Assembly (NCBI GenBank): GCA_035510575.1
Contig: DATKGV010000012.1
Span: forward strand, 7,596-71,595
Length of the DNA stretch: 64,000 bases
Origin: Minisyncoccota bacterium
GTDB taxonomy: Bacteria > Patescibacteriota > Minisyncoccia > Phycocordibacterales > UBA9973
Reading direction: 5' to 3'
Shown: positions 47,693 through 55,540 of the stretch, piece after piece
Layout of the letters: the number at the start of each line of letters is the position of its first letter
Numbering within the stretch: position 1 is the first letter of the stretch
Program-made: the position numbers and the translations under genes
Notes under the pieces: generated by a model
Databases searched by the model: none
Seen by the model: the letters and a program-made list of their open reading frames with translations, nothing else
What the model was told of the DNA's origin: nothing

Positions 47693-48115
47693 TTACTTTA
47701 ACCTATCATAATGATACCCTTCTTCTTCTCTTTTTCTCGTTTGTTCTTCTGTTTCTGTTATATATTTTCCCTTGCCTGTTAATGTATTTTCAACCCAAAG
47801 AAAATATGGCGGGGTTGTCATTGAAATATCGGATCTCACTATCATTGGAATATTATACGAGTGTTCTGTTTCTATATGTTTAATAAGCTTGTCGCTTAAT
47901 ATTTTCGTGGTTGCAAGCATTAGCATGCATTGGCCAATTTCTCGTATGACATTGTTCCATGGATATATTGAATTAACCATCCAATAATCCGCAGAAGTGG
48001 CCAACTTTTCTTCTATGGCGGAATAACCTATTGCTCTCGCCTCTTCCATATCCATGCAAGTCGTATAAACAAAAACGATTTCTTTTGACTCTTTTTCTAC
48101 TTTTTCAAAAATCAT
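47693..48115 (-). CDS. cutA: CutA1 family divalent-ion tolerance protein
   Basis: VYTT...EEA, SIYPW, HSYNIP. Confidence 0.8.
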   Translation of the reverse strand: MIFEKVEKESKEIVFVYTTCMDMEEARAIGYSAIEEKLATSADYWMVNSIYPWNNVIREIGQCMLMLATTKILSDKLIKHIETEHSYNIPMIVRSDISMTTPPYFLWVENTLTGKGKYITETEEQTRKREEEGYHYDRLK

Positions 48116-48137
48116 AATAATTACATTATATATTAAT

Positions 48138-48196
48138 TAATAAACTTCCTGCTGACCCGCCTGCTCCCGACTACAGTAGAGCGAGTAACATTTCTC
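48138..48196 (-). pseudogene. Duplicated 3' end of a Cys-rich gene, interrupted by a decayed palindromic element
   Basis: GAG AAA TGT TAC [30 nt] CAG CAG GAA GTT TAT TAA = EKCY[SLYCSREQAG]QQEVY*. Confidence 0.75.
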
Positions 48197-49946
48197 AATA
48201 AACCTCTTGCTGGTAACATTTCTCGCAGTATATAATCTCTGGTCGGTCTGGTGAATATGATGTTTCAAACTCTATGTCACAGTTATTATTTCCGTGAAAA
48301 TGACTTGTCTTGTCACACATACACTTCCTATGCCAGAGTTTCATAGGATTACGCATTTTTAATCTTTCTCTATGACGACAAAAGAAACATAGATGTGGCA
48401 ATGGCACTTTTAATTTTTTATACAAATTTAATTCATCTTCTATTACTTTAAAGGCCTTCCGGCAATAAATATTATTTTCATTTACATTTTCGCATTCTAT
48501 AATTTCTCTAATTATTTCATCAGAAACGTCATTTAGTTTATCCGGCAAATCTTTTGCTTTTATAGTTGCTTTATATTCATTTACTTGCCTCTCTCGCCAT
48601 TTATAACCTTCTTTTAATATCTTCTCTTTTGTTTTAGGAAAATAATCTTGAGCAACTGTTTCATTGTAGGCAAATGGTGAAAGTTCTACTGGAAAAAATT
48701 CTCCATATTTATAAATAATCTTATTTTTATCAACATAAGGAATATTCATCATTTGCTGTTTTATTTTTGAAACGAGTTTTTCATATTCATCTTTTGAATA
48801 TTGTTTATTTAAAATACAATATTTTTTATTTCTTAAGCCAAGACAGCCAAATAGGTTAGAACAGCCATAACAATTAAAGCAATATTCTATTTCATTTGAA
48901 CTATATACAACACTAGTAAAAAGATTGCGGTAATTTCCTATTCCAGTGTCAAAAATTTCATAAGTCAATTCTGCTAATCCTATTCCAGGACCAGAATCAT
49001 AACCATCTTTTACATCTTTTTCTAGCCAATGAGAATATTTACAATCTTCTATATTGCCCTTTGCATCAAAACAAAATTTGCAATTTTTTGTTCCCTCAAG
49101 ATTATCGCCGATAGAATTAACTGTTTTTATATGGATAGCAAAGCGATGTAATGACTTTAAATACAATTCTTTGAAATTTTTTTTGAGCTCTAAAATTATT
49201 TTATAATCTGTTAAATCCAATTCAGCCAGACGATGATTATACTCTTCTTTAGACAGTTGCTTATTCCACATACAATAGGACTTGCTTCGAAGATTACTGC
49301 AACCAAAACAATTTACACAGCCATGACAATCATATAAAAAATAAGAGTCGACACAATTTTTGCAGTTTAAAGAATATAAAAGATGGTAACAATCTGAACA
49401 AATAACATCATCATAACAAAGTTCTGCATCATTAACTACATAAAGATCGGAAGAATCTTTAATTCTTGAAATCCGATTCGAATAAAAAGTTTGTTCAATT
49501 TGCCAAGAACCAGATGACATGTAACTGTTTCTACTTTCCTCAGCAATATTACAATAATCACTATTCGTAGCATTGCTATTTGAAAGAATTTGGAGGGGAA
49601 ATTGATTCATTAGATTTTTCCATTGCTTAAAAAATGGTTCAGAAAAATCATAATCACGCCCATAAAACATTGGGTCCCATTTATCTCCCCACCAATATTT
49701 TATATCATAAACTATGAGATTTTCATCTGGAGGATAAAGAGAAATTAAAGTTTCATTATGATCGGGAGCATTGCATTTCCTCTTAAAAAGAGACATCTCA
49801 TTTCGCCAGCATAATCTTCTTATCGTTCTGCATTCCGGACAAAAAGTTGGTGGAGGAACTTTAATTTTCTCATAAAAAGAAAAGTCGTCCGGCTCAATAA
49901 TAAAGTTTTGCTTACAGTTTTGGCATATTCTAGTTTCTGAATTCAT
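48195..49946 (-). CDS. Cys-rich multi-CxxC protein of unknown function (paralogue 2)
   Basis: CQNCKQNF, CPECR.IRR..WRNE, ends YCEKCYQQEVY. Confidence 0.85.
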   Translation of the reverse strand: MNSETRICQNCKQNFIIEPDDFSFYEKIKVPPPTFCPECRTIRRLCWRNEMSLFKRKCNAPDHNETLISLYPPDENLIVYDIKYWWGDKWDPMFYGRDYDFSEPFFKQWKNLMNQFPLQILSNSNATNSDYCNIAEESRNSYMSSGSWQIEQTFYSNRISRIKDSSDLYVVNDAELCYDDVICSDCYHLLYSLNCKNCVDSYFLYDCHGCVNCFGCSNLRSKSYCMWNKQLSKEEYNHRLAELDLTDYKIILELKKNFKELYLKSLHRFAIHIKTVNSIGDNLEGTKNCKFCFDAKGNIEDCKYSHWLEKDVKDGYDSGPGIGLAELTYEIFDTGIGNYRNLFTSVVYSSNEIEYCFNCYGCSNLFGCLGLRNKKYCILNKQYSKDEYEKLVSKIKQQMMNIPYVDKNKIIYKYGEFFPVELSPFAYNETVAQDYFPKTKEKILKEGYKWRERQVNEYKATIKAKDLPDKLNDVSDEIIREIIECENVNENNIYCRKAFKVIEDELNLYKKLKVPLPHLCFFCRHRERLKMRNPMKLWHRKCMCDKTSHFHGNNNCDIEFETSYSPDRPEIIYCEKCYQQEVY

Positions 49947-49954
49947 ATTCAGAA

Positions 49955-51139
49955 TTATGCCACAATACCTCCGCCTAGGCAAATATCTTTGTCATATACT
50001 ACAATTGATTGACCAGAATCAACTAAAACATCATTATCAAAGGTTACTCTAGCTTCTTTATCCGAAATAATTTTTATATGACAGTTTAGTAATTCTCCAT
50101 GATAGCGAATTTGCGCAGTATATATTTTATTTTTGTCCGGAAGCTCATTTATCCAATTTGTATTATTAATAATTAATGAGCTAAAAAATTCTTTTTTTGA
50201 ATGGTCTGGTGAGTTAGTCCGAGGACCTGAAAAAAATGAATTATTTGGCGAATTTAAAACTGTAATTGTATTTTCTTTTAAATTTTTTGAAACAACATAA
50301 AGAGGCCTATTTTCGGAAGATTTTTCAGTAATCGTAAATCCATGCCTTTCGCCTAAAGTGAAAAATATTGCTCCATCATGAGTGCCTATAACTTCCTCAT
50401 TTTCATTCAGAACATTTCCCTTTTTTGATTCTATATAATGCTTTAGAAAATCTTTCATATCAAGTGGCCCTAAAAAGCAAACACCTTGACTATCTTTTTT
50501 AACTGCCGTAGGAAGCTTATATTTCTTTGCAAGTTTACGAACTTCTGTTTTCTTTAAATGTCCAATTGGGAAAAGTATATGTTCTAAATCTTTCTGAGTA
50601 AGAGTCCACAAAAAATAACTTTGATCTTTTGATGAATCAGGACTTTGTTTTAAAAAGTATTTTTCCTCCCCTGCTAAGGGGAGGTGGTCTTTAGACCGGA
50701 GGGGTGCACCCCCTCGTCTTTCAGACACTCCCCCTTCGCAGGGGGAGAAAAAAACTTTAGCATAATGTCCAGTTGCAATAAAATCTGCTCCATGACTTTT
50801 TGCAAAATTCCAAAATACACCAAACTTCACTTCGCGATTGCACATGACATCTGGATTGGGAGTATGGCCCTTTTTATATTCTTCTATCATATAGAGAGCC
50901 ACATTCTTCTTATATTCTTCCTCCGCATTACACTCCAAAAACGGAATGTTTAAATGGGCGCAAACTTTCATGGCGTCGCGCCGTTCATTTCGCCAAGAGC
51001 ATTCTATGAAGTCCGGCGTCCATGTGCGTATAAAAACTCCGACGACATTATAGCCTTGGTCTTTTAAAAGCGCGGCGCTGACTGAAGAATCTACGCCTCC
51101 GGAAACGCCGACAAACACTGTTTTATTATTTTTATTCAT
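49955..51139 (-). CDS. mnmA: tRNA 2-thiouridylase, with two palindromic insertions
   Basis: SGGVDSS, PNPDVMCN, ATGHYA, KDQSYFL, KDSQGVCF. Confidence 0.96.
   Translation of the reverse strand: MNKNNKTVFVGVSGGVDSSVSAALLKDQGYNVVGVFIRTWTPDFIECSWRNERRDAMKVCAHLNIPFLECNAEEEYKKNVALYMIEEYKKGHTPNPDVMCNREVKFGVFWNFAKSHGADFIATGHYAKVFFSPCEGGVSERRGGAPLRSKDHLPLAGEEKYFLKQSPDSSKDQSYFLWTLTQKDLEHILFPIGHLKKTEVRKLAKKYKLPTAVKKDSQGVCFLGPLDMKDFLKHYIESKKGNVLNENEEVIGTHDGAIFFTLGERHGFTITEKSSENRPLYVVSKNLKENTITVLNSPNNSFFSGPRTNSPDHSKKEFFSSLIINNTNWINELPDKNKIYTAQIRYHGELLNCHIKIISDKEARVTFDNDVLVDSGQSIVVYDKDICLGGGIVA
50180..50249. repeat. Structured repeat, copy B (in frame in mnmA)
   Basis: Core gaatggtctggtgagttagtccgaggacctga is 30/32 identical to 37336-37367. 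Confidence 0.8.
50665..50747. repeat. Inverted doublet of CTCCCCT..AGGGGAG hairpin units in mnmA
   Basis: cctcccct-gcta-aggggagg...ggaggggtg | caccccctc...ctccccct-tcgc-agggggag. Confidence 0.85.
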
Positions 51140-51154
51140 AATCTAAAACTGGAA

Positions 51155-52024
51155 TTAATTCTTGCTCCATCTGGCAAAAATGCCGCACGGAAGCAATCGA
51201 TTGCTTTTGCTTTCTTCTATCACCAATTCGCCTGATTCAATAACACCATTGTATCTTTTCATCATATCTTTCAAATTATTTTCATACGTAATAGGCGAAT
51301 AACCGGCAGTATAGCCGTTTATAAGGACAAATAGCGGATTTTCGGATAATATTTGCTTGCCTAAATCCATAAGTTCCAGAAAATTTTCTTCTATTTTCCA
51401 CAATTCATCTTTAGGACCGTGGCCGAAAGCCGGCGGATCCATAACGATAGCGTCATATTTGCGTCCGCGCTTGATTTCCCTTTTCATAAATTGGATGACA
51501 TCATCTGTTATCCACCTTATAGGAGCATTCTCCAAGCCAGAAAGTTCGGCATTCTGGCGCGCCCAAGCAACAGCTGTTTTTGATCCGTCAACATGGCAAA
51601 CTTCCGCTCCGGCTCGCGCGCATGCCATAGTCGCTCCGCCCGTGTAAGCAAACAGATTTAAAACGCTGATAGGATTATCGCGCTTATTTTTTTTTATTAT
51701 ATTTTCCATCCATTGCCAATTAATTGCTTGTTCAGGGAAAAGGCCTATGTGCTTGAAAGATGTCGGCTTGATTGCAAAAATCAAATTATGAAGCGTAATA
51801 TTCCAAGATTTCGGAGTAACTTCTTTAATAATCCATTTGGTGCGCTCGCCGTTTCTAATAAATTTTAATTCGGCTTTATCCCAAACATCTTCAGGCAATA
51901 ATCTGCGCCAAAGGGCCTCTGGATCCGGGCGCGATAATATATAAGGCCCATAGCGTTCGAGCTTGCAACCCTCGCCTCCGTCAAGCAATTCATATTCTTT
52001 TTGTTTTTCTATTTTTAAAATCAT
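51155..52024 (-). CDS. Class I SAM methyltransferase (RlmI/RlmK-like)
   Basis: KHIGLFPEQ, LNLFAYTG, MDPPAFG. Confidence 0.88.
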   Translation of the reverse strand: MILKIEKQKEYELLDGGEGCKLERYGPYILSRPDPEALWRRLLPEDVWDKAELKFIRNGERTKWIIKEVTPKSWNITLHNLIFAIKPTSFKHIGLFPEQAINWQWMENIIKKNKRDNPISVLNLFAYTGGATMACARAGAEVCHVDGSKTAVAWARQNAELSGLENAPIRWITDDVIQFMKREIKRGRKYDAIVMDPPAFGHGPKDELWKIEENFLELMDLGKQILSENPLFVLINGYTAGYSPITYENNLKDMMKRYNGVIESGELVIEESKSNRLLPCGIFARWSKN

Positions 52025-52047
52025 ATTTATCTGGCCATAGGCGATGA

Positions 52048-52956
52048 TTATTTGAGATATTTGGCAATATTAATCTTATGCTCTTGGAATGTTTTTGCAA
52101 AATGTATCATGCCATTCTTATCATACAGATAATACAGATATGGAGAGTCAACAGGATAAAGAGATGCGCTTATGGACATTAGCCCGGGATTTGCAATAGG
52201 TTCCGATGGAAGTCCCAATATCTTATAAGTGATAGGCGCGGCATCAACTTGAAGGGGCATGCCAAGCGAAAGGCGCTTCCAGAGAATTCCGGAAATGATT
52301 TTCATATCGCTTTCGCTGGACGCTTCATGCTCAAGTATGGAAGCCATTGTTATAATATCATTCAAGCTGTGCTTGGAATTCAAAACATCTTGGCGCAATT
52401 TTGCCGTTTGCTTGTCGAAATTATCGGATAAAACCGAGATTATTTCATCCGTGGTGGAAAGAGAAAAGAAAAAATAAGTATCCGGGAATAAATATCCCTG
52501 TTTTGCGGCGGCATTTTTATCAAATTCTTCTTTATTAAAACCAGCAATATTTTTTGACAGCAAATCGGATATCTCGCCGTTGGTCAAACCTTCCCTGATT
52601 GTAATCTTAATCGGATTAACATTATGCATTCCGTGAGCAAGATCCCATGCTACTTTAAAAAGCGGCGAATTTTTATTGAAATAATAATCGCCCCACGGTA
52701 TCTGCCTATCGCTTTTGAATAATTCAGCCAGCAATTGGAGCAAGGTTTTTGAACGAATAATATTCTTGTCTTTTAAATCATTGGATATCGCATGAAGCGA
52801 TTCTTTGGGAGAAATATGAATTGTAGTCGGATTTGAGCCGATAGGCGCTGATATTAAAGAATAATAGCCGATAATAAAGACAATCATGGCAATTAAAACA
52901 TACACACGGCTTCGGCGTGTGTATGTTTTAATTGGTTCTTTATCGGATATATCCAT
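52048..52956 (-). CDS. mltG: Endolytic transglycosylase
   Basis: ITIREG, GYLFPDTY, ASILEHE, LQVDA, PIANPG. Confidence 0.92.
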   Translation of the reverse strand: MDISDKEPIKTYTRRSRVYVLIAMIVFIIGYYSLISAPIGSNPTTIHISPKESLHAISNDLKDKNIIRSKTLLQLLAELFKSDRQIPWGDYYFNKNSPLFKVAWDLAHGMHNVNPIKITIREGLTNGEISDLLSKNIAGFNKEEFDKNAAAKQGYLFPDTYFFFSLSTTDEIISVLSDNFDKQTAKLRQDVLNSKHSLNDIITMASILEHEASSESDMKIISGILWKRLSLGMPLQVDAAPITYKILGLPSEPIANPGLMSISASLYPVDSPYLYYLYDKNGMIHFAKTFQEHKINIAKYLK

Positions 52957-52959
52957 ACG

Positions 52960-54258
52960 TTATATAGGCAAATTCGTAGGCGGTTTTGCAATCTTTGATT
53001 CAATGCGCTTGAAGCTTGGCGTCTCAGAAACCATACCTGGAAAGTGATAAATCGTCGCAAGTTCTTCCGATGAAAGGACAAAAATATTGGCTTTGTGCGA
53101 TGGAAAAAATGCTGAAAGAATCGCTGGATAATTATACGCATATTGGATTGGTGGATGAAAGAAAGTTCTCATGCGATACCAATCAAGCATTCTCTTCTTT
53201 ATTTTTGTCAGAGCAAGACCAGTCGGATCAGACCATGGCGCGTCAAACTGAGTTGAATTAACACGCCATAATTCATTTGAAAAAGGCGCTGCATATTGGC
53301 GAAAAAGAAGGCGGGAAGAACGCCTTAAATTTTGAAACTGTTCTTCGGTAGTGATTCTTTTATCAGATAAAGTTATAAGGCGTATGCCGCAGTCAAAGTG
53401 TATCTGCCTCAAATTCGTGGACCATAGTTTGATCATATCATCCAAATAACCTGGGGCACGAATTTCCATAGAATCTGTTCCTCCTGGACCTTCTCCGAGA
53501 TGCAATCTTACAAACGGTTTGAGCACTTCTTTTATATGTTCCTCGGCATAGGTCTCAAAATCAATATTTTTGCCGGTAACATGGCTGTGATATTTTTTTA
53601 TGCTTTGCCTTATAATTATTTGAATCCAGACCTGCTGGCCTTTGGGTAGAGCGCCCAAATATTCAATAACCGGAGTTATGGGATCAACTTTGAATTCTTC
53701 TTTAGTTCCGCTTTTCATTTCCTCCATCTGCTTGTATGTTTTTATCGACTGGACATCATGCTTTAATTTCTTGAATTCGCAGCCCCACATATTCCAGTCG
53801 CCGTTTTTCTTGTATTGAGGCACATGAAAAGCATAATCGTCAACTTCAACAACTTTGGCCTGAGGATATTGGCCATAAATCTGGGTCTCAACCAAATCGC
53901 GTATGCGCGTCGGCGTGCGCACAAAGAAATGGACATTGCCGTCAATGGAAGCTATTTCAAGAGAAAACCACATCCATGGCGCTCCTTGTATATACTGCTC
54001 CCAAAAACCCTTGAAGCTTTTATGATAAAAAGCATTCGATAAAACTAGTTCCATGGCGGCCGGGGTCTTGACGACATCGCGCGGCACTTGAATTTCAAGA
54101 AGCACCCACTTGATGCCCATGATAAACCGCTCTTGGCGATAATGATGCCATAAATTAAAAGCAATCATAGCCAAAGGAATCGGCATCAAATAGCCGATGA
54201 CAACCAACAATATCTGTATAAGATTAAAATTATGCGTGGCAAAAAATTCTTGAATCAT
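52960..54258 (-). CDS. Hypothetical membrane-anchored protein
   Basis: N-terminal TM, FSLEIAS, IYGQYP, EELATIYHFP, C-terminal PPTNLP. Confidence 0.75.
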   Translation of the reverse strand: MIQEFFATHNFNLIQILLVVIGYLMPIPLAMIAFNLWHHYRQERFIMGIKWVLLEIQVPRDVVKTPAAMELVLSNAFYHKSFKGFWEQYIQGAPWMWFSLEIASIDGNVHFFVRTPTRIRDLVETQIYGQYPQAKVVEVDDYAFHVPQYKKNGDWNMWGCEFKKLKHDVQSIKTYKQMEEMKSGTKEEFKVDPITPVIEYLGALPKGQQVWIQIIIRQSIKKYHSHVTGKNIDFETYAEEHIKEVLKPFVRLHLGEGPGGTDSMEIRAPGYLDDMIKLWSTNLRQIHFDCGIRLITLSDKRITTEEQFQNLRRSSRLLFRQYAAPFSNELWRVNSTQFDAPWSDPTGLALTKIKKRMLDWYRMRTFFHPPIQYAYNYPAILSAFFPSHKANIFVLSSEELATIYHFPGMVSETPSFKRIESKIAKPPTNLPI

Positions 54259-54259
54259 T

Positions 54260-54352
54260 TTATTGGGACGATTTAAACATGCCGATTAGGATTGCAATAA
54301 ACAAAAGACCGACTAGGATTATCACAATATTTATAATACCGCGATTGCGCAT
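54260..54352 (-). CDS. 30-aa pilin-like membrane peptide, not in the ORF track
   Basis: MRNRGIINIVIILVGLLFIAILIGMFKSSQ*; TGATATAAT 6 nt before ATG; stop 1 nt before the next ATG. Confidence 0.7.
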   Translation of the reverse strand: MRNRGIINIVIILVGLLFIAILIGMFKSSQ

Positions 54353-54376
54353 GCCGTCATTATATCACAATTAAGT

Positions 54377-54410
54377 AATAAAATATCCCCGTCGATGGGG
54401 ATATTTTATT
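54377..54410 (-). terminator. Intrinsic terminator
   Basis: aataaaatatcccc-gtcgat-ggggatattttatt. Confidence 0.7.
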
Positions 54411-55440
54411 ACGCTATGGAATACAGTCCGTTCTTGTTCTTCTTAAAATATTTTGAATTCTGCAGATTGACAAGTATGGTGTTCTTCTTCAAATATCTCT
54501 CTTTCATCACCTGGTTCACAATATCATCTTTCGACATAGGCCCGTTTTTTTTCAAAAGTTCTTTTATAACATCACGGACGACGCCTGACTTATACCCCCA
54601 TTCTGACAGAGCATATATGCCGCGCCCGACAAGAACGAATCTTGGATCCTTAATAAGCTCATTGTGGCAAGTCGCCGTATGGCATTTCTTGTTAAATGTC
54701 TCTGTAATAGCTTTAGCGACTTCTCTGAAATGCATGGGAGAACCGTGCTTGCGCATCATAAGAAAAGCATAATCCTTGATGCCGCGAGTTTTTATGCCTG
54801 AAGATGTGGACTTGCCCCATTCGCCGAGCGGATTCTTGCTGATCATCTTGGACATATTCAGCCAGCGTCTGGCTATTTCTTCATTCTTATATTGTTCGGA
54901 TAAATTTTTGACTTCATCAAGAAATCTCGCAATCAGATCGTTCTCGTGAACCAGCTCATCGTCTGAAAGTTTTTCATACAAGCTCTTGAGGGACTTATGA
55001 ACTTCTTCTGATATGGCATTATCGACGCTCCAGCGCGATTTAAAATGATTATCTTCTTTGTGCCTAGTGAAAGCGTCGCTCAGCGTCAAATACAAATTAA
55101 TATGATTCTGCGCAATTTTATCTTTTGAAATGTGATTTAGAAGATCTTGCTCCGAAACGATAGCGCCTAGGGTATGCATTAATTTCTTTAATTCCTCAAA
55201 AACAGCTTTCTCGCTTTTAAACGATTCTGATTTGCGGATTAAATTAAGAGCTGAATTCTCAATCTGGCGCACACGTTCGCGGGTGATGCCATATTTCTGG
55301 CCGATGGCTTCAAGCGTTTTCCTCTGGGCATCATCGGCAAGACCGAAGCGGTTCACTATAACTTCATGGGCGCGCGGTGGCAGGCCCGAAAGTATATGCT
55401 TGGTAACTTGCTTTGGTTTGAATGTGAGTGTGTTAGCCAT
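54409..55440 (-). CDS. Sigma70 region-4 plus HARE-HTH (RNAP delta-like) protein
   Basis: RFGL...TLEAIGQKYGITRERVRQIE; MHFREVA...HNELIKDPRFVLVGRGIYAL.EW. Confidence 0.8.
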   Translation of the reverse strand: MANTLTFKPKQVTKHILSGLPPRAHEVIVNRFGLADDAQRKTLEAIGQKYGITRERVRQIENSALNLIRKSESFKSEKAVFEELKKLMHTLGAIVSEQDLLNHISKDKIAQNHINLYLTLSDAFTRHKEDNHFKSRWSVDNAISEEVHKSLKSLYEKLSDDELVHENDLIARFLDEVKNLSEQYKNEEIARRWLNMSKMISKNPLGEWGKSTSSGIKTRGIKDYAFLMMRKHGSPMHFREVAKAITETFNKKCHTATCHNELIKDPRFVLVGRGIYALSEWGYKSGVVRDVIKELLKKNGPMSKDDIVNQVMKERYLKKNTILVNLQNSKYFKKNKNGLYSIA

Positions 55441-55540
55441 TTGATTGTGATCTAAGATAATAAAATTTATTTGCTCTTTTTATAATATCATCAGTACTAA
55501 ATAAAGTCAACTATTTTGCAAGGTTTTATAAATTAAGCGC

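Noticed and set aside
27363-48260. Similar 3' ends of the two Cys-rich genes as a DGR template/variable repeat pair
   Set aside because: Differences are mostly synonymous and not adenine-specific, and no reverse transcriptase is present in the window.
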